Source: Candidatus Campbellbacteria bacterium GW2011_OD1_34_28 (GTDB taxonomy: Bacteria > Patescibacteriota > Minisyncoccia > Phycocordibacterales > UBA12079). From it: DNA of 64,000 bases. Position 1 is the first letter of the stretch. Each line of letters begins with the position of its first letter. Below, one piece after another: positions 19,776 through 27,813 of this stretch. Under the pieces are notes generated by a model that saw nothing but the letters and a program-made list of their open reading frames with translations, had not been told where the DNA came from and did no database searches. The stretch is from positions 426,303 through 490,302 of the forward strand of contig CP011215.1 in the NCBI GenBank assembly GCA_001029775.1, given 5' to 3'. A program made the translations under genes and the position numbers.

Positions 19776-21521
19776 CTATTTATTTTCTTCAGATAATTTT
19801 TTGATCAAGTCTTCCAAACTTAATGCTCCAATATTTCCAACATCTCTGCTTTCAACAGTCACTGTTTTTTCTTGTATTTCTTTTTCTCCAATAACCAACA
19901 GATAGGGGATTTTTTCCATTTTGGCTTTTCTTATTTTCTTGCCCAAACTTTCGTTGTCGTCGTCCAATTCTGCTCTAAAATTTGAGTTCTTTAATTCTTT
20001 ATAGATTTCGGTTGCATATTCTTTGTGAGCGTCAGTAATTGGTAAAACTTTTATTTGAACAGGTGACAACCAAAAGGGAAATGCTCCTGCGAAGTGTTCA
20101 ATCATAACCGCCATAAATCTCTCTAGAGAACCGGCTATTGCTCTGTGAATCATAACAGGTGTTTTCTTTAGGCCATCTTTGTCTGTGTATTCAAGTTTAA
20201 ATCTCTCGGGCATTATAAAATCTAGTTGCGCTGTTGCCAGCTGTCTTTCTCTTCCAAGGGCATCTTTGAACATAAAGTCCAATTTAGGTCCGTAAAAAGC
20301 GGCTTCGCCTTCTACTCTTTTGTAAGGAAGATTTTCTTTCTTGGCGATGTCTTCGAGTATTTTTTCCGCTTTGTCCCAAAGTTTTTCATCTCCCAAATAT
20401 TTACTCAAATCTTTTGAGTCTCTTACAGATAATGATACCCAATAGTCTCCAACATTAAACATATTTAGGGATTGATAAAATTCTTTTATTATTGAGACAA
20501 TATTTGCCACTTCTTGTTCTATTTGATCTGGCGCGCAAAAGATGTGTCCGTCGTCTTGGGTGATACTTCTAACACGAGAAAGTCCGATAAGTTCTCCTGC
20601 TTGTTCATCACGATAGACCTTTGTTGATTCTGTGTATCTGATAGGCAAGTCTTTGTAGCTTGTTTGTTTGCTAGCAAAAATCTGCGTGTGGTGAGGACAG
20701 TTCATTGGCTTCATTACAAATTCTGCGTCACCTTGTCCTTTTACTTTAAACAATTCATCACCAAATTTTTCCCAGTGACCCGATGTTTTGTACAAATCAC
20801 TTTTTGTAATATGAGGAATATCTACTTTTTGATAGCCAAAATTTTTCTGAATATTATGAATTTTTTCAATAATCAAATCTCTGACCAAAGTTCCTTTTGG
20901 TGTAAAGAGAGGTAAACCTGCACCAATTAAATCTGAAAATGCAAAAAGATCTAATTCTTTTCCCAATTTTCTGTGATCTCTTTTTTCTGCTTCCGCCAAC
21001 ATTTTTTCATATGCAGCCAATTCCTCTTTCGTCTCAAAGGCGACACCATAAATACGAGTAAGCATTTTGTTTTTTTCATCACCTCTCCAATATGCTCCAG
21101 CAATTTTTGTTAGTTTGAAAGCGTCTATATTTATCTCTTTTGTGTTTTGGATATGAGGACCTGCACACAAATCTACGAAACCGTCTGATATATAAATAGA
21201 TACTGTTTTGATACCTTCATTTTTTTCTAAATCTTCAATCAGCTCAATTTTATAAGGTTGATCTTTGAACATTTTTTTTGCGTCTATGGTCGAGATTTCT
21301 TCTCTTTCAAAATCAATATTTTTTTGAATTAATTTATTCATCTCCTTTTGGATTTTCTGCAAGTCTGCATCCTTTATTTCCACATCATCAAAATCATAAT
21401 AGAAACCATTTTCTATTGTTGGTCCGACTCCAAATTTCATATTTGGAAATTTTGCTCTCACCGCTCCCGCCATAATATGGGAAAGAGAGTGTCTAATTTT
21501 TTCTATATTTGTATGTTCCAT
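19776..21521 (-). CDS. thrS: Threonyl-tRNA synthetase (lacks N-terminal TGS domain)
   Basis: Class II aaRS motifs and ThrRS editing-domain HSLSHIMAGAV signature; full-length ORF. Confidence 0.92.
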   Translation of the reverse strand: MEHTNIEKIRHSLSHIMAGAVRAKFPNMKFGVGPTIENGFYYDFDDVEIKDADLQKIQKEMNKLIQKNIDFEREEISTIDAKKMFKDQPYKIELIEDLEKNEGIKTVSIYISDGFVDLCAGPHIQNTKEINIDAFKLTKIAGAYWRGDEKNKMLTRIYGVAFETKEELAAYEKMLAEAEKRDHRKLGKELDLFAFSDLIGAGLPLFTPKGTLVRDLIIEKIHNIQKNFGYQKVDIPHITKSDLYKTSGHWEKFGDELFKVKGQGDAEFVMKPMNCPHHTQIFASKQTSYKDLPIRYTESTKVYRDEQAGELIGLSRVRSITQDDGHIFCAPDQIEQEVANIVSIIKEFYQSLNMFNVGDYWVSLSVRDSKDLSKYLGDEKLWDKAEKILEDIAKKENLPYKRVEGEAAFYGPKLDFMFKDALGRERQLATAQLDFIMPERFKLEYTDKDGLKKTPVMIHRAIAGSLERFMAVMIEHFAGAFPFWLSPVQIKVLPITDAHKEYATEIYKELKNSNFRAELDDDNESLGKKIRKAKMEKIPYLLVIGEKEIQEKTVTVESRDVGNIGALSLEDLIKKLSEENK

Positions 21522-21660
21522 AAGTTTGTTTTTTAAATTATTAAAATAAAAAAATCCGTCCCAATATTAAAAACACAACTGCTTTTAATATTGGGACGGA
21601 TTTCTCCGCGGTTCCACCCAATTTGTCCAAAGTATTCCTCGGACCACTTGATTACATATT
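21522..21660 (-). promoter_or_regulatory. T-box riboswitch leader of thrS (short stem I with ACU in the loop, T-box sequence AAAUUGGGUGGAACCGCGG, overlapping terminator) plus its promoter
   Basis: Minus-strand reading gives AATTGGGTGGAACCGCGGAG, matching the T-box consensus AANNNGGGTGGNACCGCGG; 21-bp terminator hairpin at 21553..21601 followed by T7; candidate specifier hairpin GUCC-GAGGAAUACUUU-GGAC at 21626..21650; promoter TTGACA-N17-TACTAT at ~21661-21693. Confidence 0.65.
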
Positions 21661-21810
21661 ATAGTATCCTATTTTGTATTCAATTGTCAAAACATATGTA
21701 AGGTGTCCGATACCTTACATTTGGTTTGATTGACTTTGGATTAAATAAAAGTATTATTTTTTTAGAACAGTCTTCGTTGTTATCTTATAAAAATATGAAA
21801 AGGAGTGTGT

Positions 21811-22212
21811 ATGTCGGGAATACAGTTAGTACTTGGCATTTCAAAAGAAAATATACTTTTTGCACATTCATCATTTACTGCTCTTCAAATTACGGTTTAT
21901 GCAAGTTCCTTTATTGATTTTTCAGGCGGTGGTGGAAAAAACAAACTTCGCCTGTTGGCGAGAAGACACGCAGATGCTTTAGCAGAGCAGTCTGAAAATC
22001 CTCGTCCGGCGATTTGTGTTTTTTTGTATGAAAAAACATCCATTGTCGTTTGGAATGGTTTCAGCGTGATTGCTTCTTTGCCAGCTGAAAGTTTTGGGCA
22101 TTTGTGGGTACCACCAGCAAAGCATGTCATTACCAGTATTGGCGATAATATGCCTTTAAACGGAGACGATCTTGATTCTTTTCTACATTTTTTTCGCAAA
22201 TATCTTGTATAA
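21811..22212 (+). CDS. Hypothetical protein (133 aa) with own promoter (TTGACT-N16-TATTAT), strong SD (AAGGAGTGTGT-ATG) and hairpin terminator; weak HIT-like GHLWVPP motif
   Basis: SD at 21801..21806; terminator CTGTCACACAG...CTGTGTGGCAG T5 at ~22223..22255; moderately GC-elevated. Confidence 0.55.
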   Translation: MSGIQLVLGISKENILFAHSSFTALQITVYASSFIDFSGGGGKNKLRLLARRHADALAEQSENPRPAICVFLYEKTSIVVWNGFSVIASLPAESFGHLWVPPAKHVITSIGDNMPLNGDDLDSFLHFFRKYLV

Positions 22213-22272
22213 AGCAACTGTCACACAGGCTCAATCTGTGTGGCAGTTTTTAATTGTGGTATTATCATAAAT

Positions 22273-23184
22273 ATGAAAAAGGGAAAGATAATTGTTGTTT
22301 TGGGACCTACCTCTTCGGGTAAAAGTGATCTGGCTGTGGAATTAGCAAAAAAATTCAATGGGGAAATTATCTCGGCAGACTCAAGACAAGTATATAAAGG
22401 ATTAGATATTGGAAGTGGAAAAATAACCAAAAAAGAAATGCAGAAAATTCCGCACTATCTTTTGGATGTTGTTAGTCCAAAATCTGTTTTTACAATTGCA
22501 CAATTTAAAAAAAATACAGACAAAATAATCAGAGATATTCTGAAGAAAGGGAAGACGCCGATTATTGCTGGCGGAACTGGTTTTTATATTCAATCAATTG
22601 TAGACAATATTGTATTGCCCGAAGTAAAACCAAATTTGAAATTGAGAAAAGAATTGGCAAAAAAATCAGTTGATGAATTGGCAAATATTTTAAAAAAAAT
22701 GGACAAGAATAGGGCGGGGGAAATAGACCTGAAAAACCCTCGTCGTTTGATACGGGCGATAGAAATCGCTACTGAACTCGGCAAAGTTCCCAAGCTCTCC
22801 ACCAACAGCAACCCGGTTGCTGTTGGTGGAGAGTATGATGTATTGCAGATCGGGATTAAGACGGATGATGATATTTTGAAAGAAAGGATAGCAAAAAGAT
22901 TTGAAAAGCGTGTTAAAGCAGGAATTGTAAAAGAGGCAGAAGATTTACATAAAAATGGTTTGAGTTGGAAGAGGATGAAAGAAATCGGTTTGGCTCATAA
23001 ATATATATCTTTGCATTTGCAGGGAAAAATGACCAAAGATGAAATGATAGAAAATTCTATCAGAGAAGAATGGCAATATGCCAAAAGACAAAAAACATGG
23101 TTTAAGAGAGATAAGAGAATTGAGTGGTTTGGTTTGGAAGAAAAAAATAAAATTTTTGCAAAGACGAAAAAATTTTTAAAATAA
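22273..23184 (+). CDS. miaA: tRNA dimethylallyltransferase MiaA
   Basis: P-loop GPTSSGKS, SADSRQVYKGLDIGSGK; start chosen at MKKGKIIVVLGP (ORF-track start 22240 probably too far upstream); preceded by extended -10 TGGTATTAT, likely leaderless. Confidence 0.9.
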   Translation: MKKGKIIVVLGPTSSGKSDLAVELAKKFNGEIISADSRQVYKGLDIGSGKITKKEMQKIPHYLLDVVSPKSVFTIAQFKKNTDKIIRDILKKGKTPIIAGGTGFYIQSIVDNIVLPEVKPNLKLRKELAKKSVDELANILKKMDKNRAGEIDLKNPRRLIRAIEIATELGKVPKLSTNSNPVAVGGEYDVLQIGIKTDDDILKERIAKRFEKRVKAGIVKEAEDLHKNGLSWKRMKEIGLAHKYISLHLQGKMTKDEMIENSIREEWQYAKRQKTWFKRDKRIEWFGLEEKNKIFAKTKKFLK

Positions 23185-23189
23185 TAAAA

Positions 23190-23222
23190 CCCGAACCGTG
23201 TATAACCAGTTCGGGTTTTTGT
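23190..23222. terminator. Bidirectional intrinsic terminator AACCCGAAC...GTTCGGGTT + T5 between miaA and converging gene
   Basis: Inverted repeat with T-run. Confidence 0.7.
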
Positions 23223-23564
23223 TTAAGGATGTGAGACTTCCATTCGAAAACCGTGCCCTTCTTTAATATTTACAATTTTCATATGGTGACAAAGGCAAAG
23301 CATCTTGCGCAAGCTATTTCCCTCATCTTTGCAAATTTTAAAAGTGAATTCTTTTGATGAAATTTGAAAAGCAATTTCTTCATCTCTGATTCTTATTTCC
23401 GCATCTTTTTTGTAATAAAGGACAGGAAATGAATCACAAAAATTTTCGACATCGGGTCCTTTTCCGATTACAACCAGTCCATATATTTCGTGACTGTCTG
23501 ATCGGAGAATTTCAAACAAAATTTGCTCTTGGGACATATTTTCTACAACTGTTGTTTTGTTCAT
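23223..23564 (-). CDS. Hypothetical protein (113 aa) with SD GGAGGAG
   Basis: ATG at 23564 preceded by GTGGGAGGAGAA; ORF track gives longer 23223..23624. Confidence 0.5.
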   Translation of the reverse strand: MNKTTVVENMSQEQILFEILRSDSHEIYGLVVIGKGPDVENFCDSFPVLYYKKDAEIRIRDEEIAFQISSKEFTFKICKDEGNSLRKMLCLCHHMKIVNIKEGHGFRMEVSHP

Positions 23565-23694
23565 TTCTCCTCCCACAAAGAAAGAATGAAAGATAAAGAC
23601 AATTTCTGATGTTATTCTATACATTTTTTTGTTTATAGCAAGTCCTTTTTAAAAGTGTTAGAATTTAATAAATTAAAAGATAAGATTTTATAAA

Positions 23695-25239
23695 ATGTAT
23701 AATAAATTTCTAACTAAAAAATATATAATTTCAGCCGTTGTTATATTGATTGTTGCCGTCTCGGTAGGAGGTTTTTTCTTATTTCGTGATAATTCTGGAG
23801 AATATGAGTATTCTATAGTAGAAAAAGGCGATTTGGCTCAAGAGGTTAATGTGACTGGAAAGGTAAAACCTTCTAGCAAAGTTGATTTGGCCTTTGAGTC
23901 GTCAGGAAGAGTCGTTGGGGTCTATACTGATGTCGGTAACAGGGTTTATGTTGGTCAGACATTGGCTGTTTTGAATAGCTCTCAATATCAAGCTCAGCAT
24001 CTTCAAGCACAAGCAAGCTTGGACGCAGAAAAAGCCAAATTGGATGAATTACAAAAAGGTACTCGTATTGAAGAGGTTGAAATTCAAAAAACAAAAATTG
24101 TAAATGCCGAAGAAGCCATTGCTGATGCAAAAAGTAATTTAAAGAATTATATAAGAGATTCTTATTCTAGAGCGGATGATTCAATTAGAAGTAAAGTTGA
24201 TCAATTTTTTACGAACCCAAGAAGTTTTACTCCTCAATTAAATTTTGAGAGCAATTACAAACTTGAAATGGAGACTCAAAGATTTTTTACAGAAAGTATT
24301 TTGGTTAAATGGTTTGAAGGCATGTCTGTTTCAGATATATCAGACTCTGAAATGGATAATCAATTTAATTTGGCAAAAGATAATCTGGGCAAGGTCAGTT
24401 CTTTTTTGGATCTGACTGCTTTAACTGTAAATAGCTTAAATACAACATCTTCGCTGACGCAAGCTCAAATAGACGGTTATAGATCGGACATAAATACTGC
24501 TAGAACCAATATAAATACTGCAATAAATAATTTATTAACCGCAAGAGAAAAACTTAGGACAGCAGAATCAGCCTTGATACTTGCTAAACAAGAGCTTGAT
24601 TTAAAACTTGCTGGAGCAACAAATGAACAAATTTTAGCTCAAGAGGCAAGAGTAAAATCAGCGGAAGCTAATGTAAAAAATTATTCTGCTTTGATTGCAA
24701 AAAATGTTATTTCTTCTCCAATAAATGGAGTGGTAACAAAAAAGAATATTGAAGTTGGTGAAATAGTTCAATCAAATGTTTCCGTTTTTTCTGTTATAAG
24801 TACTTCAAAATATGAAATTGAAACCAATGTTCCAGAAGCAGATATTTCAAAAATAAAGATTGGAAACAAAGCAAAAATAACATTGGACGCGTACGAGGAC
24901 GACGAAATTTTTTATGCACATATCATTTCTATCGAGCCTGCCGAGACTATCATCGAGGGTGTGTCAGCATACAAGACGGTTCTTCAGTTTGATAAAGAAG
25001 ACGAAAAAATAAAATCAGGCATGACAGCTAATATGGATATTCTAACCGATAGTCGCGAAGGCGTTTTGTCGATTCCTTTCCGCGCTTTGATTACCGAAGA
25101 TGGAAAATTTGTTGAAGTCTTGAATGAAGATGGAACATTAGAAAAGAAAACTGTTGAAACAGGAATGAGAAGTTCTGACGGAAGAATAGAAATTGTTTCG
25201 GGGTTAAAAGAAGGCGAGAAAGTTGTTACTAGTAAGTAG
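23695..25239 (+). CDS. HlyD-family periplasmic adaptor / membrane fusion protein (biotin-lipoyl-like, coiled-coil, beta-barrel)
   Basis: N-terminal TM, long coiled-coil, YSIVEKGDLAQEVNVTGKV and C-terminal beta-barrel pattern typical of MacA/HlyD adaptors; adjacent to ABC ATPase+permease. Confidence 0.8.
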   Translation: MYNKFLTKKYIISAVVILIVAVSVGGFFLFRDNSGEYEYSIVEKGDLAQEVNVTGKVKPSSKVDLAFESSGRVVGVYTDVGNRVYVGQTLAVLNSSQYQAQHLQAQASLDAEKAKLDELQKGTRIEEVEIQKTKIVNAEEAIADAKSNLKNYIRDSYSRADDSIRSKVDQFFTNPRSFTPQLNFESNYKLEMETQRFFTESILVKWFEGMSVSDISDSEMDNQFNLAKDNLGKVSSFLDLTALTVNSLNTTSSLTQAQIDGYRSDINTARTNINTAINNLLTAREKLRTAESALILAKQELDLKLAGATNEQILAQEARVKSAEANVKNYSALIAKNVISSPINGVVTKKNIEVGEIVQSNVSVFSVISTSKYEIETNVPEADISKIKIGNKAKITLDAYEDDEIFYAHIISIEPAETIIEGVSAYKTVLQFDKEDEKIKSGMTANMDILTDSREGVLSIPFRALITEDGKFVEVLNEDGTLEKKTVETGMRSSDGRIEIVSGLKEGEKVVTSK

Positions 25240-25263
25240 TGAATAGTTTGTAGTGAGTAGAAA

Positions 25264-25995
25264 ATGATTAACAAAGAAAAAAAATCAATAATATCTGTTA
25301 AGAATCTTGAAAAGACTTATAATGATGAGGGTGGAGAGACCCACGCTCTGAGAGGAGTAACTTTTGATATTGCTTCTGGTGAATTCGTTGCAATCATGGG
25401 GCCATCGGGATCGGGGAAATCAACTCTTTTGCATATGTTGGGTCTCTTGGATAAATTCACAGGAGGGGAATATTATTTTGATCAAGACAAGGTAGAAACT
25501 TTTTCGGAAGAAGAAATCGCTCATTTGAGGAATAAAAAAATGGGTTTTATTTTTCAAGCGTTTAATCTTTTGCCTAAGGCAACTGTTTTGGACAATGTAA
25601 AATTGCCGTTAGCTTATTCTGATGTTCCTGAAAGTGAATGGAATAATATGGCAGTAAAAGCAATAGAAGCCGTTGGTATGTCACACAGAATTCATCATTT
25701 TGCGAGCCAGCTTTCTGTGGGAGAAAAGCAGAGAACATCAATTGCTAGGGCTCTTGTTAATGAACCCGATATTATTTTTGCCGATGAACCAACAGGAAAT
25801 TTGGATTCTCGTTCAGGAGGTGTTGTTATGGATATAATAAAAAGATTGAATTACAAAGGCAAAACTGTCGTTTTGATTACTCACGAAACATACACTGCCG
25901 AATATGCGGAAAGAATAATAATGATTAAAGATGGGAAAATGGAATTTGATAAACCAGTTGAGCACATGAGACAGGCAGGAGAGTTTAAAAAATAA
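25264..25995 (+). CDS. ABC transporter ATP-binding protein (MacB/LolD/FtsE-like)
   Basis: Walker A GPSGSGKST, signature LSVGEKQR, Walker B IIFADEPT. Confidence 0.92.
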   Translation: MINKEKKSIISVKNLEKTYNDEGGETHALRGVTFDIASGEFVAIMGPSGSGKSTLLHMLGLLDKFTGGEYYFDQDKVETFSEEEIAHLRNKKMGFIFQAFNLLPKATVLDNVKLPLAYSDVPESEWNNMAVKAIEAVGMSHRIHHFASQLSVGEKQRTSIARALVNEPDIIFADEPTGNLDSRSGGVVMDIIKRLNYKGKTVVLITHETYTAEYAERIIMIKDGKMEFDKPVEHMRQAGEFKK

Positions 25996-26130
25996 TTCCA
26001 AAATTAGCACATAACTTCGTCGGTTTTGGAAAAATTTTTTTCACCGTATGTTAAATACGGCCCTGCCTGCCGGCCGGCAGGTCAAAAATTTTTTCCTCAC
26101 CTCCTCGTTCTGTATCTAATTTTGAAATCA
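25996..26130. mobile_element. MITE-like palindromic intergenic element, copy B (central CCTGCCTGCCGGCCGGCAGG palindrome)
   Basis: TIR TTCCAAAATTAG / CTAATTTTGAAA; internal ATAACTTCGTCG...CTCGTTCTGTAT blocks shared with other copies; starts 1 nt after ABC ATPase stop. Confidence 0.7.
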
Positions 26131-26152
26131 TTTAGACAAAATTTAAAAATTT

Positions 26153-27400
26153 ATGCAATTAAAACACTTATACAAAACATCATTCACAGGACTTCGGACT
26201 AACAAAGTTAGGTCTCTTTTGACTATTCTAGGAATTGTTATTGGAATATCGTCTATTATTTTGATTTTTTCTTTGGGCAAAGGTGTAGAAGGTTTGATTA
26301 CGGGTGAGTTAAGCGGTATGGGAGCAGACACTATTGTCATCAGGCCAGGACAACAACCAACAGGATTGAACGATTTTAGTGAAACTCTTTTTTCTGATTC
26401 TTTGAAAAGCAGAGATGTAGAGGCTTTGAAAAAAAAATCTAATGTACCTCATTTGGCAAAGATTGCTCCCGCAATAATCGTTCCAGGGAGAGTCTCTTAT
26501 AGAGGAGAAACATTTAAGCCGATGATTTTTGGTTGGACAGCAGAATTGATGACAGAAATGTTTGGTGTTGAAATTGATTCAGGCGATCTTTTTTATGAAA
26601 GCGATATTAGATCAAAAGCGAGTGTGGCAATTATTGGTTCAAAAGTAAAAGAAGAATTGTTTGGTAATGAAGAAAATGTTGTTGGAAAAAATATAAAAAT
26701 AAAAGATAGAAATTTTAGAGTAGTGGGTGTTCTAAAACCACAAGGACAGGTATCCAGTTTCAATGTTGATGAATTGGTTGTTTTGCCATATTCAACAGCA
26801 CAAATTTATTTGATGGGGATTGACCATTATCACGAAATTATTTTAAAAGCCGATTCTCCAGAAAATGTTTCTCAGACAGTAGAAGATGTGAAAGACACAT
26901 TGAGAGAGATGCACGATATTACAGATCCATCCAAAGACGATTTTTTTGTGGTTACTCCCGAGGGGATGCTTGAACAAATAGGAAATATTTTGGATGCACT
27001 GACACTTTTCTTGTCAGCTGTTGTGGGAATTGCTTTGGTTGTAGGAGGAGTGGGTGTCATGAACATTATGCTTGTGTCAGTAACAGAGAGAACAAAAGAA
27101 ATTGGTTTGAGAAAAGCAATCGGAGCAACGAACAAAGATATTATGATTCAATTTCTTTTTGAATCCATGATGCTCACAATCACGGGTGGTGTAATCGGTA
27201 TTATAATAGGAATGTCGCTTTCTTTGATCACAACCATCGCCATTTTAAGTTTTACAACTTACGCATGGAGTTTTTCTTTCCCTGTTGGAGCATCTATTCT
27301 AGGAATTGTTGTCTCTGGCTTAATCGGAGTTATTTTTGGAATTTATCCAGCAAAAAAAGCTTCTCAAAAGAGCCCTATCGAAGCTTTGCGATACGAATAA
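26153..27400 (+). CDS. ABC transporter permease, FtsX/MacB-type (4 TM, large periplasmic loop)
   Basis: N-terminal TM, ~220 aa extracytoplasmic domain, C-terminal three-TM bundle with conserved RTKEIGLRKAIGA motif. Confidence 0.9.
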   Translation: MQLKHLYKTSFTGLRTNKVRSLLTILGIVIGISSIILIFSLGKGVEGLITGELSGMGADTIVIRPGQQPTGLNDFSETLFSDSLKSRDVEALKKKSNVPHLAKIAPAIIVPGRVSYRGETFKPMIFGWTAELMTEMFGVEIDSGDLFYESDIRSKASVAIIGSKVKEELFGNEENVVGKNIKIKDRNFRVVGVLKPQGQVSSFNVDELVVLPYSTAQIYLMGIDHYHEIILKADSPENVSQTVEDVKDTLREMHDITDPSKDDFFVVTPEGMLEQIGNILDALTLFLSAVVGIALVVGGVGVMNIMLVSVTERTKEIGLRKAIGATNKDIMIQFLFESMMLTITGGVIGIIIGMSLSLITTIAILSFTTYAWSFSFPVGASILGIVVSGLIGVIFGIYPAKKASQKSPIEALRYE

Positions 27401-27459
27401 ATTTAGAAAATTTCTCAAAGGTAGGTAGCAGGAATTTTTCCCTGTGTTATACTAAAATA

Positions 27460-27580
27460 GTTCTGTTGTCGGGGATTGGCGTCCCTCGGAATAAAAGGGT
27501 TACCTTGTTTGGAAAGCATCCTGCCAATTTTTGGTTCAAGGATGCAACGCCCAACCCGCGGTTTTCCGCGGGTTTTTTAT
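27460..27580 (+). ncRNA. Candidate structured small RNA, copy 1 (own extended -10 TGTTATACT, conserved 5' GGGGAUUGGCGUCCCUCG, variable hairpin, conserved 3' domain, intrinsic terminator CCCGCGG-UUUU-CCGCGGG-U6)
   Basis: Promoter at 27445..27453; 5' and 3' ends pair (UUGGCGU / ACGCCCAA); terminator 27555..27578; no plausible CDS. Confidence 0.6.
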
Positions 27581-27628
27581 TTATTGACATTTTCAGATTT
27601 TAATTTATATTATTGTTATACCTCCTAT

Positions 27629-27760
27629 GTGACTTGCTTGCATGGAGAAAAGGGGATTGGCGTCCCTCGAAATGTTTGGGTCCGCACATTTAGAAAGTAT
27701 CCTGCCTTAATTGGTTCAAGGATGCAACGCCCAACCCGCGGTTTTCCGCGGGTTTTTTTA
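27629..27760 (+). ncRNA. Candidate structured small RNA, copy 2 (tandem paralogue; variable hairpin AAAUGU...ACAUUU replaces AAGG-GUUA-CCUU of copy 1)
   Basis: Promoter TGTTATACC at 27614..27622; identical 5' 18 nt and 3' ~50 nt plus identical terminator at 27735..27759; compensatory base changes in the variable hairpin. Confidence 0.6.
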
Positions 27761-27813
27761 TTGTCTTTGTTCTCTACTTGATACTTACTACTTACTACTT
27801 TATACTTATTTTT

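Noticed and set aside
21897-22217. Minus-strand ORF 21897..22217 (106 aa)
   Set aside because: It is the antisense of the SD-bearing plus-strand gene 21811..22212 and has no start signals of its own.
27460-27760. Interpretation of the tandem RNAs as T-box leaders of alaS, tRNAs or SRP 4.5S RNA
   Set aside because: There is no UGGN-ACC T-box bulge sequence. alaS has its own promoter after the second terminator. There is no 7-bp acceptor stem or T-loop. The structure is not a single long hairpin with the GGAA/AGCA SRP domain-IV motif.
27265-27781. ORFs 27265..27603 and 27476..27781 (112 and 101 aa) spanning the tandem small-RNA region
   Set aside because: They read straight through two promoter and terminator units. 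Their peptides simply repeat (SRMQRPTRGFPRVF twice) because the DNA is duplicated. They have no start context and a low-complexity sequence. The RNA interpretation explains the conservation pattern better.
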